From NCBI GenBank assembly GCA_964016885.1, contig OZ024742.1, positions 209,188,001-209,252,000 of the forward strand: a stretch of 64,000 bases of DNA. The letters run 5' to 3'. The stretch's first letter is position 1, and every line of letters starts with the position of its first letter. The position numbers were made by a program, and so were the translations under genes. This DNA is from Eledone cirrhosa. Its lineage: Eukaryota. The notes below the pieces were generated by a model. It had not been told where the DNA came from. It was given only the letters and a program-made list of their open reading frames with translations, and ran no database searches. This document shows, piece by piece, positions 37,750-52,180 of the stretch.

Positions 37750-39420
37750 TAATTCCAAGTTTCTTTTAACGCTCATGGTTACATATTCTACAATCGGACC
37801 AGAATGGCGACAGCACTGAAATATTTAGAGAAAATATTTCGAAGTGTTATTTAAGATAACATCTAGAAGATTAGAATAGTTTGAGGTGAATTGTTTCACT
37901 GTTTCCCAGTAACTCAAATAGTACTAATGCGGTGCTTATATTTTCACACTGACTATGTTTTAGCGCTAAAATTGCTCGCTCAAACAGCCGTGATTGAGTG
38001 ATACAATTGAGGCAACAATTGGAATGCTTGTTCAATTACTTCATTTGTTGTATTACAGATATTTACATGTGGAAGTTTGAGTTCTCCATTTTCATCTTGT
38101 TGCATATTTCTATCACCCAGTATAATTAGCTGTTTTGCAAAAGTATCAATTGCTGCATCATTGTACAACTGAATCTCATGTTTGTCCTCAAGAGTAATCG
38201 CTGAACTTGCTGCCATATAGTTGAGATTTTTAATCAAGCGATTTCAGTATCAGCTCTCGCGCCTTTAGGAACGACGCGGACAGTCTATCTGAAGTCACCA
38301 GCAAGCACCATCGTTACTCTTCCGCTAATGTCTCTTAAAGAATGGTCCAGAGCTTCAAATAACTTTCTATGTTCCATTGTGGCCTCATCCCATATGAACA
38401 CGGAGCATTTCTCTAAAAGTTTTGCTTTTCGTGTGTTCTTTTTGATATTGCACAAAGGAGACTCTTCTCTTATGACAATCAATGGCAACTTGATGCAACC
38501 AACTTTATACCACTTGATGCAACAGCCAAAGCAATTTGTTGTTCTTTTGCATTCTTTTGCTGGGTTTTTTTTATCAGGTCTAATAATAATTTTATACATG
38601 GGTTTGCCTTTTTTTTCTAAGGCAAATGTTAATACCCTTATGTAATGATGGTTTCCATGAAGCATATTTCGCAGACTGCTAATAATTTGTAGCTTGTAGT
38701 TGAAACCCACCGGAAATATTTCTGAATCGTTGAGTAGCTTCTTGTTCGTTGTTGCCCAAAAAGTAAACTTGAATGAATTTTGGTTCTTCATTAGGCTGAG
38801 AGAGTAAACTGCCGATTAAATGGTAGCATTTTGCTTTGATTTTAAATATTGTGAAATAACCCTAGTCAGTATGATCTTTTTTAGCTCAAAAAGACGTCAT
38901 CTGAAATGCAGCATTATACCGCATAACATCGCTCCTGGAGTGTTTAGCTTCGTTAGTATGAGCTGTAAGCAGTATACGAATAACAGGCGGAGGGTCTTCT
39001 ATCAGTGAAAATCTCACATTTCCTCCTAAGCAACACATGCCAAGTGTTTTTCCTTTCCATTTTCTCGCTCCGCAACTACTGCATATAATATCCATGTTAC
39101 CAATTGCGACTTTAAGATCATTTCTATAATTTCTCGATGGATTATATGAAAACGCAGCTCTTAGCCAGTTTATTCTGCTTTGAAGAGTCCTCCGTGCCCA
39201 TCGTGTTTGTATCGCAACTCTTATTACCTCTCGGTAATTATCATATTCAGCCACCGTTTGTTGCGATCGTCTTGCTTCTTGCCTTAATCTTTCTGTTCCC
39301 CGTCTCAGGCTCTGTTCACTTTCAGAAAGTTGCGACTGTCTTTCTGTTTCCCGTCTCTGAGATTTCAACCGTTTGGCGGACATTTTAACTACACCGTTAG
39401 TTGAGCAGTGTTTTTGTGAC
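37750..39420 (-). mobile_element. Deleted Helitron Rep/Hel remnant
   Basis: IGNMDIICSSCGA.KW..MCC..G.V, YNAAFQMTSF, FIWDEATMEH, VLAGDFR (PIF1-like helicase). Confidence 0.85.
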
Positions 39421-39908
39421 ATGATGAAATATTTTTTTTGCGGGGGGGGGGGGGGGGGGGGGGAATCGTGAAAACACAATACAAAGTAATAAAAGTAGAA
39501 ATAAATGCAAATCGTAGCCTTAGAGAATAAGTTGACACTCTGTCATCTGAATTAGGTCCATATGACACTATCCTCAAAAAGCTAAACTAATATAGACCGT
39601 AGATCAATTTCAAATAGTATCAATATATCCCGTGTTCTGTAAAATAGGTTTGTGCTGTAGTTAGTATTACCTAACTTTCAATGACTGGTGTAAAACGACA
39701 AACCTACTGATAATTTGATCTATTGTGGGAAGCCACACACACACACACACATACACACGCACACACATACACGCACAAATCTTCACTGACGAACGCATAC
39801 ATGGACACAGAAACAAACATACAGCGTCTCTCTTTCACTTTCTCTGCTAATAGTTACTTTCCCCTCCCCCCTTCCTGTATAACATAGATTTATCTCACAT
39901 AGTTCTGA

Positions 39909-39997
<89 letters not shown>

Positions 39998-40186
39998 ACA
40001 CACACATTCTCTCTCTCACCCTCTGTAATTTTTCCTCTCGTTTAGTCTCTATGTCTGTTTCTCTCTTTCTCACACTCCCGCCCCCCCCTCTCTTTCTCCC
40101 CACTCTGACTCACTCATTAGAGAGGCTGGCCGCGAAACAATCAAGAACTCGCATAATCTCCCTCTCTATCTCTCAGTCTCTATCTT

Positions 40187-40225
<39 letters not shown>

Positions 40226-40586
40226 TAGTGTGTAAACTAGCGTTCGTTGCCATTCTTGCTCTCCCTCTCTCTCTCACTCTCTCTCTCTATCTGAATATCT
40301 AACACTTTAATTGTACCTCTCTCTCTACAACGACCTATCTCACTCACTCCCTCTGCCTCTCCCTCTGTGTCGCTCTCTCTTTAGATGTCTGTGTGTGTGT
40401 GTAATTTTCGTGTGATTAAACCAACCAATCAAACAACCAAGAAAAATCTCTCTTTTATATTATATTTTTATGATTACTTTCAAAGTAAAAGGTGTCATGA
40501 ATGATACAAAATCAAACATATGTCTCGTCTCTAAAAACAGCTCAAGATAAAATTCAGAGAATAAAAGCGAGCCTTAATCATTATAA

Positions 40587-41166
40587 GAAAGTGATTGAAA
40601 TATATTCATACACAGTTAAGTGTGCACTAAAACATATCAAAACATAGAACTAGAGACAATCTACACTGAAAGTAATACTACATAATTCGTTTATTAAATC
40701 TAATAAGATATTTAAAACAAAATACCTGATAACGATCAAATATACTTCCCTCATATATATTCTCCACAAAATCAGAGTACAATTCACCAGGTCTGCTCCT
40801 TACATGGTGAGCTGTTTATGTCGAGAGGTTGGACTGTTATTTCTAGCGAACGAAAACCCTTCATGTCGTTGCGAGTGCTAAAATTCATGTGTTGATACCA
40901 TGTGCGTTTAGCCACTTTCAACCCTGCATTGAATGAGATTAGATGCTTTTGAAATTCCCTCACTCCCTTACTGATGATCCGTTTCAAAATATCTAATTTC
41001 GCCGTTATCTGGTGAAATGTATTCTGATTTTGTGGAGAATACATATGAGGGAAATATATTTGATCGTTATCAGGTATTTTGTTTTAAATGTTTTATTAGA
41101 TTTAATAAGATACTCAATGAATTATGTAGTCACGTAACTGTGTATGAATATATTTCAATCACTTTC
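40587..41166. mobile_element. Non-autonomous element with long imperfect inverted repeats (MITE-like)
   Basis: 40587-40782 is the reverse complement of 41018-41166, with an indel. Confidence 0.65.
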
Positions 41167-41405
41167 TTTTATATTATATATAGATTTCTCAGCTTTTTAC
41201 GTGGTATATGCCTGGGAGCAACACATTCTGCTTGTTTTTATATATTTTAAGTTTGTCAGTCACGGACATCATAATTAGCAGCATCATAATTATCGAGAAA
41301 TTTAGTGAAAGTGACAATGAAGCATCTCTGCACTGGTTTACACTGGTTAATATGAACTGATTTACGAAACAACATACAAACAGACATAAAAAACTCAATA
41401 GACAT

Positions 41406-41510
<105 letters not shown>

Positions 41511-42009
41511 TACATTTATATATATAAATATTGTTTGACGCTAAACTGCGCCGGTTACAGACTACACATCAACATGAGATATTTTTCTCCACAAAGTTCG
41601 ATCACCAACAGCAGAGTTTAAAGAGCGAAGATCAAGTCCAGTCCATAAGTTGACATTATCAAGACATCGTTTTAGCTGTCGGCCTCTGCTTATCTTACCA
41701 GCCAATCTTCCACCCAGGAATAACCTACTCACACTACGAGTTGATCCTTTATATATGACCGTATAGTTTCAGTACTCTTGGTTTGACAATTGATGTAATT
41801 GGTCTATGTATGGTAATGTTGAGCAGCTCACTGATACAGACACAGTCGCTGTGCCGCTTTCCTGTTATAAGTCTCATTATGTGGCTCTGGTATGTAGAGA
41901 GCCTCTGAAGTGACATTGTCGTCTAATTAACACAGTCAAGACCATATAAGACCATATAACATATAGCAAGAACGATCGACTTTCTTCAAATCGGACCGAG
42001 AAAACAATG

Positions 42010-42180
42010 TTTCCATTGGTCTTTCCAATTGCTAATACTGCCTTTCGGTCGCAACTCCAGATAGAAGGAGAAACGTGAAATAAAGTGTCTTGCTCAAGGA
42101 CATAATACATCACCTGGTCCGGGAATCGAACTCACAACCTCACGATTGGGAATCTAATGCTCTAACCACTCAGCCACTAT
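42010..42180 (-). mobile_element. tRNA-headed SINE fragment
   Basis: Minus strand: gtggctgagtggttagagc (A box), gttcgattcc (B box), tccttgagcaagacactt. Confidence 0.65.
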
Positions 42181-42447
42181 ATAACATATGACAACTAAAA
42201 AAAACAATGCCAACCTCCAACTCACAATCTACAACCAGCAAATTACTCAAGTTACGGAGTTTGTATATCACGGTCACCAACTATCAGCAAACAACAATGG
42301 AATAGTTGGTGCGCAGCATGGCATCGCTCTAGGTTGGACAGCTTTCAACAAGAACAAGGAAGTACTAACACAAACGAGTTTTCTATCATTTTAAGGCAAA
42401 GATCTTCGAGATATATAGATACATATATATTAATAAAAATAAGGAAT

Positions 42448-42503
<56 letters not shown>

Positions 42504-42510
42504 ATATATA

Positions 42511-42625
42511 TTTAATATAGAAACGGCTTCTACACGACTAGAACTCTTTCTTTGGGGAGAAATCATCATGATTTCTCTTGAATGAAACAGTTCTAGTCCT
42601 GTAGAAGCCATTTCTATATTGAATA
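42511..42625. repeat. Short fold-back hairpin of a pLTR-like end
   Basis: aatatagaaacggcttctacacgactagaact vs agttctagtcctgtagaagccatttctatatt; axis in atcatcatgat. Confidence 0.7.
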
Positions 42626-42697
42626 TTTATACACTGTTATGTATTGAATGCCTTACTTACTGTAGTTACCCCCCCCCCCAACTGAACCTGGCATAAA

Positions 42698-42737
<40 letters not shown>

Positions 42738-42920
42738 TATGTATATATATATGTATATATATAGAGAAACACACAGATACATGCGGACACATACATATAC
42801 ATGAATATATCTACACATATCCCAGTGTTAGTGGTGCCAACCTCAACCGATGTTGCTCTATGAATAACTGGGACAAAACAATCCAAATGGATTAGACTGA
42901 TTCAGTATCAGAGCTATAAA

Positions 42921-43667
42921 GTACATTATGAAGAGAGAAGAAAAATTAGATATAATTAGTAATAAGATATATCATACCTAGCTGCTTCTATAGTCCCCGA
43001 CTACGTAGTTTCGTGGCATATTATGCAAAAACACTAGATCATAGAGATATAGAGTCTTTGTGAGGTTCTGCCGACTTATCAAGGGGATACCTCATTAAGG
43101 ATTTCAAAACACGTCTGCAATGTGTGAGATAGAATCTCGAAAAGGCGGACGGAAAGTCAATCACGTGATACAGCGGTCAAGAAACAGAGCTAAGCCCCTT
43201 ATAACCCTGAAAAAATACCACGGAGGCGGAGGGGGTATATTGTTTATAACTCCCTTTGGTCGAGTAACCTTTGAAGTGTAGTGACAGCTGGATAGCTACC
43301 ATTACTCATACTTCTCGTCTCCTCAAACCACCTCTTCTACGGCTTTGATATGAATACCCCCTCCGCCTCCGGGGTATTTTTTTCAGGTTATAAGGGGCTT
43401 AGCTCTGTTTCTTGACCGCTGTATCACGTGATTGACTCTCCCTCCGCCTTTTCGAGATTCTATCTCGCGCATTGCAGACGTGTTTTGAAATCCTTAATGG
43501 GGTATCCCCTTGATAAGTCGGCAGAACCTCACAAAGACTCTATATCTCTATGATCTAGTGTTTTTGCATAATATGCCACGAAACTACGTAGTCGGGGACT
43601 ATAGAAGCAGCTAGGTATGATATATCTTATCACTAATTATATCTAATGTTTCTCCTCTCTTCATGAT

Positions 43668-43672
<5 letters not shown>
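42921..43672. repeat. Inverted repeat (~320-bp arms) with one HHR in each arm
   Basis: 42921-43240 is the reverse complement of 43352-43672; right arm ends at (TA)n. Confidence 0.9.
43505..43598 (+). ncRNA. Type-I hammerhead ribozyme, U3-A8 (mirror copy at 42994-43087, minus)
   Basis: tcccc TTGATAA gtcggca..tgccac GAAA ctacgtag TC gggga. Confidence 0.82.
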
Positions 43673-43742
<70 letters not shown>

Positions 43743-44323
43743 AATCTTCTCCCGGTACGCTGGACCGACTCCTGAGATATAAGGTCGTTATATAGACGAC
43801 TGTATCGGCGCTACCTCCCTATAACGAGAACAGCTTTGACTGTTTTCTTTCTTTTGTCCAATCTTTCCATCCTGCTCTCAATTTCACCGCCTCCGTCTCC
43901 GATTCTTCTGTCGCTTTTCTCGATATCTCTCTATCCCCTCTCACGACACCCTCTCTACTTCCATCTTCATTAAACCAACAGACTCCCAATATTACCTCGA
44001 CTTCACCTCCTCCGATCCAACCCACACCAAACACTCCATACCTTATTCCCAATTCCTCCGTCTTCGTCGACATTGTAGCCAGGGTCGACTCTGTAGCCAG
44101 GACAACGATTTCGAAACCCATTCCCTTCGTATGGCTACCTGCTTCATCCAGCGTGGAAATCCCCCCACCCTGATCCAAGCTGCTCTCACCGGCGCCCTTT
44201 TATTAACATACACAGCCTTATATTAACATACTTTTGCTCATAGCTTCGTACTTACATGCACACACACTCTTTTACTCACATATACACACACTTTCCTTCC
44301 TAGCTTCGTACGGACGTATAATA

Positions 44324-44359
<36 letters not shown>

Positions 44360-44717
44360 ACACACCACTTATGCTTACGCATGTGCACAAGTATAGCTCT
44401 TTTTACAAATCTGTTTTTTTTTCCATTTCAGGTAGACGCACTTCATCATCCACTTTTCTAAAAAATAAATCGTACACAAAACGTCAGCACCAACAGTTTT
44501 GCAAGAGATGTCAACATGAATGGACCTGTTATTTTTATCTAAAGACATTTTTTCCATCCCGCCCATCCTCTAAATCTATCTTATTTCTCATTCTTTCTTC
44601 TGATGAAGGACTAGCTTCTGAAACGTTAAGACCCTCTTCCTTCTTATCAAGCGTTAACCTAATATATCCCTTCCATATACTGTACCGTTTGTGTTGTTAT
44701 TTCTGTTTACCTTTTAC

Positions 44718-44720
<3 letters not shown>
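43743..44720 (+). mobile_element. Degenerate deleted PLE (RT fragment + pLTR)
   Basis: RYIDDCIGA, FLDISL, KPTDS, SIPYSQFLRLRRHCS. Confidence 0.8.
44596..44631 (+). ncRNA. Minimal type-I hammerhead ribozyme
   Basis: tctt CTGATGA agga-ctagc-ttct GAAA cg TT aaga. Confidence 0.75.
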
Positions 44721-44763
<43 letters not shown>

Positions 44764-44967
44764 AGTAATAACAATAAATGTGAAGACTAAAATCCAAAGA
44801 GGGCTCGATAAAGGTAAATATAAATCAAATATGTAAGAATCTTAGAGCAAATATTTATTAAAATAACAGATTAAAGTTTAAGCAAAGAATCGCTGCTTTC
44901 ACCCTTACAACTTGCGTCGAGGATACATGCATATATACATACAAACAAACACACATACATACGTACA

Positions 44968-45564
44968 TGGTGGCTGCCAACTCGTTTTCGAGTACGGCCA
45001 CTACTTTATATCCATGTAGGAGAACTCCTACCGATGCGCTGAACGAGTGTGACTTTTTAGTCCAGCCAGCGACTTGAAAACTCTGGTACAAACACTACAC
45101 TTGTGACAATTATTGACACATAGTGCTGGGCCCATGGTACCATGTGACGACAAGTGCAGAGAGATCTCCAGATATAAAGCAATGCCTGTGTCGTGAAGCT
45201 TTTATAGTGAGCAAAGGCACTGCACAAGGCCAGTCCCACTCTCTTAATCAAGATGATATTTACCAAAAAGAAGAACAAGTCAACATCATTGGATATCATC
45301 AGGGTTGCAGGTGTTTTCTTTCTCCTAGAATTCTGCCTTGACAAAGGCTAAGGGGTCATTTCTCCCAGTGATTTTGGATGGCCATTGACTCTTAAGAGCT
45401 TCTTTGCCATTTGACAGGTTTTGTTTTTAGTCCTGCAGGATGTCCAAAGGCACTCTCCTCACCAAGAAACCTTGGTGGGGTTGCCAGTTTAGTCGCCAAC
45501 AACCCGACCATGGGACAGGTTGTACTGGGATACATGTTACCAGTAGCACCAACTGGTGACCTGA
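44968..45564. repeat. Copy of the 14667-15272 repeat, next to (CATA)n
   Basis: Near-identical translations in the opposite orientation. Confidence 0.8.
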
Positions 45565-45574
45565 CATACATACA

Positions 45575-45605
<31 letters not shown>

Positions 45606-46507
45606 TTTTTATTTTCTTTACTCTATTCCTTCAAACCCGGTGTGCCATTTTTTTTAAGCTACTCAAAGCTTATGTCGATTTTTCTTTGCTTCTTTTTTTT
45701 CAGCATAATTTTCATAGAAATGTGTCACTATTCAACATGTTATTTCCTTGTTCAAGTTGTCAGAAATTCGCCTATGAGACTTTGTTGTCAAATGTTCCAA
45801 CTGACGTAATATGATTGTTTGTTTTTTTTAATGAAACAGTTATAGTTATGAAGCTGGAATGATGTAGTTAAAAAGCACATTTTTGATGTCATGTTAATTT
45901 TGTTCAATTTGAAAGTTAGTTTCAATTGTTTCAGCGTTGCTGTTGTTCCTGAAACATCTTCAAAGATTTTCAGTCTTTATCCCTTGCCAATAATTGTTTA
46001 AACAAGTTTGCATTGTCATATTCCCGTCCTTGTTATGTTCGTTTATATCAGCGCTCCTTTTCATCCTAACATTCGACAATATTTCATCAAATCCGGATAA
46101 CACTTCTGAAAATATCTTAGCTGTTAAATCATCTATGTTATCGACTAATAGCGGATTCCTTATTGCATGTTCTTCGCTCTACGTTTGGATCCTATGTTAT
46201 TGTTCGTTTCGGGAATATATTAAACGGTGTCGAAGAGATGAATCATCCTTGGAAAAATCAATTGATTAAATTAACTAATCTCTCGAGGTATCTTTTCAAA
46301 GTTTTGCGAATGTGAGTTTACTGTTGAATAGCTGAATAACTTTTAGCAGCTCCATATTCTTTCATTTTCGTATATACGCTAGTCTCTATATACAATTCCT
46401 GCATTGAAAACAAAAACTATCAATCATGCCCAAACAATTCCCACATCAATAGGTTGTAAGATGATGGTCAGAAATTTTCAATTTCAAAACCATTGAATAT
46501 ATAAACA

Positions 46508-46556
<49 letters not shown>

Positions 46557-46889
46557 TTCTTTTTGTGTGTGTGTAATATAGTGGCAAAGTATCGCATTAA
46601 ACCACAATGTTATTACTGCAGCAGTAAACTGTTCATCGAACAACTTGACAAGAATACTTTATGTATGCAAACCGTTCTGCCAGAATTATTAAACACTTTG
46701 TTAAAGAGGGTATCTTAGCAGTGAGTTCGAGGGCAGATAAAGAGGGCAATTTTTAAATGATCCAATGAGGATTGAACCTTGATCGACTGATTTCCGCTAT
46801 TTGTTAAATAACGTAATCATGTAACAGGTGTCATTACAAACTCTAATATTCTGAATAACACGAATAATTTATTCCGGGCATCCACAGTT

Positions 46890-47070
46890 ATCTCCCTTAC
46901 ATCGATCTATTATGGGTTTACCTCCACCAGGGGAAGTGACTGTTTCTGCACATGCGTATTCGTACAGTTGTTTTTCCTTTTCCGAACAACTTCATTTAGA
47001 CGGAGCTGAGGATCCGATAAAGTGAAACATTTGTTCTCGGTATGGTGAACTAACTGTTGTGGAATTACTT
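46890..47070 (+). repeat. pLTR fragment of the 35620-35931 family, with HHR at 47003-47039
   Basis: gag CTGAGGA tccgataaagt GAAA catttg TT ctc. Confidence 0.7.
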
Positions 47071-47098
47071 CTCTTCTCTCTCTCTCTCTCTCTCTCTC

Positions 47099-47153
<55 letters not shown>

Positions 47154-47156
47154 GTG

Positions 47157-47197
<41 letters not shown>

Positions 47198-47200
<3 letters not shown>

Positions 47201-47845
47201 TATGTATACGTACATACATATATGTATACAGACGTACAGTAGTATGTATATATATATATATACATACATGCACACATATATATATATATGTACGTATAGG
47301 TTTACCGAAAATTTATTATAATGCTCGGTTTGTTTGTAAACAAACAAAAAGCCCGAATTAAGCCGGACAGTGTTTAGAAACCATCGTTGCCCTTTTGTTC
47401 AACACTGATAAGGGAACGATGTACTAGTTTCAAGCTTATTAGCTATCTTCAGCATCGTATACCTTGCTGCCAGATGATTGAACGTCTGAAAGTATATATT
47501 TTCCTCATGCATATTAACGGCTGAGCAGCCTAATTTGCATATCGAGTGAGTTAGTCGGCCGGGAGCACCGAAAACGATAAATGGAAAAAATGATACGAAA
47601 TTTCATTTCTCACTCTTAGTACGGCTGTTACTTAAATATAAGTATGTATGCGTGCATACATATATGTATACAGACGTACAGTAGTATGTATATATATATA
47701 TGCACACATATGTATATGTACGTATAGGTTTACGGAACATTTATTATAATGCTCGATGTGTTTGTAAACAAACAAAACGCCCGAATTAAGCCGTACAGTG
47801 TTTAGCAACCATCGTTGCCCTTTTGTTCAACACTAACAAAGGAAT
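47198..47845 (-). repeat. ~440-bp HHR-containing unit (~1.5 tandem copies)
   Basis: Unit start repeats at 47198 and 47640; homologous to 23930-24480. Confidence 0.8.
47417..47457 (-). ncRNA. Minimal type-I hammerhead ribozyme
   Basis: Minus strand: cgatg CTGAAGA t-agct-aata-agct-t GAAA ctag TA catcg. Confidence 0.85.
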
Positions 47846-47849
47846 GATT

Positions 47850-48950
47850 ATCCGACTAAATACATAATCCATTTTACAAGGATTTGCTATAAACAACATG
47901 GCTGAACACAACAAGATCACAACAAGAAGTAAGTATCGAAGAAAAACAACGAAAAATGTAAACAAAATGTAATCAGTTGTAGCCACAGAATAAACCGAAA
48001 TTATAAATCGCATTTCTCTTGGAGTTGCGAATTTAATGATGATTTATTTTGTTGTTATTAAAGGGCAAAAACAAAATCCCTCCGTTGGCTATATGAATAG
48101 AATGAAGCTACACTGGGACGAAATACATCCAGAACTAAATCACTTAACAGCGAAACAATTACGCCAATAAGCGACGTTTGTTGAAAGTAAAAATAAGATA
48201 AATATTATTAATTGTAAGTCCCCCACAACAAACATGGAATCAACAACACGTGGTACAGGTTGCCGTGCTACTAGACTTCTTAGCAGCCAGGTCGAACAGT
48301 GCCTTGACACAACTACGCCTGTAAGAAATTTGACACCGCGTATACCATCTGAGTCTACCTTGAATGTTGGAGAAAACACTATCGATAATAATAATAATCG
48401 AAGTAATAATAATAATAATCTAAGAAATTTGACACCACGCGTAACATCTGAGTCTACCTCGACTGTTGTAGAAATTACTATCGATAATAATAATAATCAA
48501 AAGTATAAACAATTGAAAATTTCCCTCAAATCTTCCAGAAAAATTAATTCATGTATAAACATTTCTCTTGTGGAACGTATTAAAGCAACAGCATTTAATA
48601 AAAAACAAAATAATGAAATATTACGTGTTATTGACGAAATAAGGGATGAATATTTACGACGGATAAAAAGCCCAACATTTAGGCAAATTAGCGCCTATTT
48701 ATATGCCCTAGAAACTATCATGGTGATAGCAGAGATATTAACAAGAACAAAACACCAAATATACCATCATATATAACTAAAATAGAAAAAAAAATTGCTG
48801 ACCTAGGAAAAAACCAGAGGATATGTGACAATGCTACCTACATGCAAACAAACACAAAAAACTTCACTCCTCACCAGCAAAGAGTGAAAAATAAAATAGA
48901 AACGATGTTTGGTAACAGTAGAACCAGAACTCTTCAATATAAGCTGATCA
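47850..48950 (+). mobile_element. Probable degenerate N-terminal part of an RLE-type LINE
   Basis: GYMNRMKLHWDEIHPELNHLTAKQLRQ; no catalytic motif seen. Confidence 0.4.
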
Positions 48951-49209
48951 CCCTCTGTATATATTTCCTTAAAGAAATATATTTCACCATCAATTGATTG
49001 ATGGTGAAATAAGGAAGAGTAATCAATTTATGAGATATCTATTTTAAAGTTCTAGTTAAACTTTAATCAGTTACCTACCTAGCTATGTATGCTTACACAC
49101 TTTTACAAATTATTCCCTGTGATTGTTTCATATGTTTATTTTAGATATATATATATATATATATATATATGTCAATCAATTTTAGATATATATGTCAATC
49201 AATTTCTTG

Positions 49210-49303
<94 letters not shown>

Positions 49304-49384
49304 CGCGCGCGTGCCTGTGTGTGTCCGATTCATATGTCTATAGCATTAATCTGTTATATGAATGTTATTTTGCGGGTTGTTATT

Positions 49385-49957
49385 TACAATAAGCCGATTT
49401 AAAATACCCCAGAAAAGCCGTATGTCAATACGGAACTCCAATGACTCCCCCACCAGTTAAATTATAGAGAGGGGGAATAATTTATTATAGAGAGAGGGAA
49501 GAGCGATGGAGAGAGTAAAGCTAAGAAACTATAGGGTGGTGTGTAAAACAGTGTTGTCATATAGAGGGTGAGGAGCGACAAAGAGAGTAAAGCAGTTAAA
49601 TTATATATAGGGGGAATGATTTATTATAGAGAGAGGGAAGAGCGACGGAGAGAGCGTTATGTCTATGTTTGTTGTTGTATAAAATGATGTGTTGCTTAGT
49701 TTCAAAGTTTATGTCACGTTCCTGAACGAGGTTTTGTCGCTGTTGGGTAGTAGAGAGAGTGAATAAGCGTGTAAGAGGGTTACAGCATGTATTTAGTTTT
49801 ATCGATTATTTTCATAGAAGCAGGAAATTTTTGGCAAAGTTTAGTACGCGTTGACCATCGTTGGAAAATTTGGAGCACATTGGAAAAAAAAATCAAAATC
49901 GGTAGAGAAATGTGGAAATGAATAAAAACCATACACACACACAGACAGACATCTTCC

Positions 49958-49965
<8 letters not shown>
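49385..49965 (-). mobile_element. Possible non-autonomous Helitron/Helentron-like repeat
   Basis: Minus strand starts ataaaacggaagatgtctgtctgtgtg..ccgattttgat; internal subrepeats. Confidence 0.4.
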
Positions 49966-50044
<79 letters not shown>

Positions 50045-50048
<4 letters not shown>

Positions 50049-51028
50049 GTAGAACACTGGAAGGTAATATCTGTAGTGATAGAGCACTCAGTCCATGGGA
50101 CGATTTAGTTTGAAGTGGTTACACAACAGTTGGTTCACGATACCGAGAACAATTGTTTCACCTTAGCGGTTCCTCAACTCGTAATGGACATGGTTATACG
50201 GAGCAGGAAGAAAAACGGTACGGACGCGCATGCGCAGAAACGATCACTTCACACAGGCAATACTAAATTGCGTGCGAGAAGTGTAAGGGATATAACTGCG
50301 AAAGTCCGAAAAGTTTCTAGTTGATAAGAAAATTAGGATGTTGTTGTAATTCAATCCGGAGCTTTGTAGTTACGTACGAGGTGTTTCCAGACGTATGGAC
50401 AATGTGTGAAGAATTCATTTCTCATGTTTAGGCAATCATTATTGCGTAATCTCTTTAGAATATTTATTCATCCATCAATACATAGTCCACACGACGGATT
50501 GCCCCTTGCGTATGGCTTGGACTTAGTGATGGCTTTCCATTGAATGGAGTAACCTATACTTGAGTACTTGAGGGACCATACATGGCTCGCGGGTTTCGTG
50601 GATGTACGTCTGTCCGGGTACCTAAAGGTCGACTGGTGGTTCAGGAAGCGTTCCTTAAATCGGCCCTCCGCCATACCCACATAGGATTTGACCTCCTGTG
50701 GTTGATTTGGTCGGTTGGAAGTGACCACAGCTTCATAAACTACAGCGGGTGTGTTGCATTGCTGTTGAAGGGGACAAAGCTCCGGATTGAATTACAACAT
50801 CCTAATTTTCTTATCAACTAGAAACTTTTCGGACTTTCGCAGTTATCTCCATTACACCTCTCGCACGCAATTTAGTATTGCCTGTGTGAAGTGAAAGTTT
50901 CTGCGCATGCGCGTTCGTACCGTTGTCCTTCATGTTCCATATATCCATGTCCATTACGAGGTGAGGATCCACTAAGGTAAAACAATTGTTCTCGGTATAG
51001 TGATCTAACTGTTGTGTAACCACTTCTA
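50045..51028 (-). mobile_element. 5'-truncated Naiad-like PLE (50045-50770) with upstream inverted pLTR (50775-51028)
   Basis: SYVGMAEGRFKERF..CGLC; same family as 34760-35931; HHR variants at 50144-50181 (-) and ~50957-50995 (+). Confidence 0.85.
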
Positions 51029-51039
51029 TATGTATATAT

Positions 51040-51511
51040 AGGATAAAAGAGAAAACACAGGTAAGCATTAAAAAAAGGATTTTATCCAGGTATTTACGAC
51101 CGTTTCATTGGTAAGTGCACCTTATATTGCTATACTGCAAATAGCAGCCACTCAATAATAATTGTTGTACACGTCCAAATTTTCAAAATAGTGAATAAGT
51201 TATTCTTAACAAGTTCTTAATATATAAAAAACATTTTTTTGAATTGTATTTGCTAGTATAGAGAGAGAGGAAGAGGAATTAGATAGTGGAGGGACAAAAG
51301 GAGTAGTATAGAGAGAGAGGAAGGGGGAGAAGAATTAGGTTGTAGGGTGACAAACTGAGATGGAGGGAGGGGTAGAGGTGGAAGGAATCTTTGATCAGTT
51401 TTGACATGATGTCATCGATTTAGAGTGTAGTGAGTTAAATAGAATTAAATTGTTTATAGTGGTAGGGATGGGGAGAGATAGAAAGAGAGAGAGAGGGGGA
51501 GAGATAGAGAG

Positions 51512-51563
<52 letters not shown>

Positions 51564-52180
51564 AAGGGGGAGAAAGAAGAAAAGAAAAGACATAAAAAAG
51601 GGATAGAAGAAAGGAAGAAAACGAAAAGAAATAGAAAAAGGAATGAAGGAGATGGGAGGGATATAGGTATTGGTTTTTGTGGGTAATTAAAGGGGTTGTT
51701 TAGAATAAGAGGGTAGAAAGTCTAAATGTGTGCAGTTTATCAGGTGGTAATAAGAGTTGAAAGGTTCGATTTGCACTTGTAGTGCGAAAACATTTCTTTG
51801 AGTCTATGGTTACAATAAAACGATCTTTTGATTTTATTGTTGAGTAACTTATTCTTCGAACTCAAAATGTGGAACAGCTCAAGGTCACATAATCGACAGC
51901 TTCTCATACCACTCCGATATGGGGGCGCGTTCGATAATTTTTCCACTTCAGGGTGTATTGGTGGTTACTCTCTCTCAGTTGCCAGGTCTTGTTCGCAAAG
52001 GTAGTTACATAACGATGCTGGGAATGTTTCATTGCGTAACGGTGTGTATACCAACGAGCTTTAAATGTATTTCCAGTCGCTCCGATGTAATTCCATTTCT
52101 GGTTGTCTGATTCCACTGTGCATTGGTAAACCAGGTTAGACTGTATACATTCGTTATGTAATGGACAGGGCAAGTTACAC
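51040..52180 (-). mobile_element. 5'-truncated Naiad-like PLE (GIY-YIG + 3' UTR)
   Basis: CPLHNEC..LVYQC..YIGATG..R..H, CRLC..E, CNH; degenerate TTGAAAA..GAAAcggTC HHR at ~51093-51190. Confidence 0.8.
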
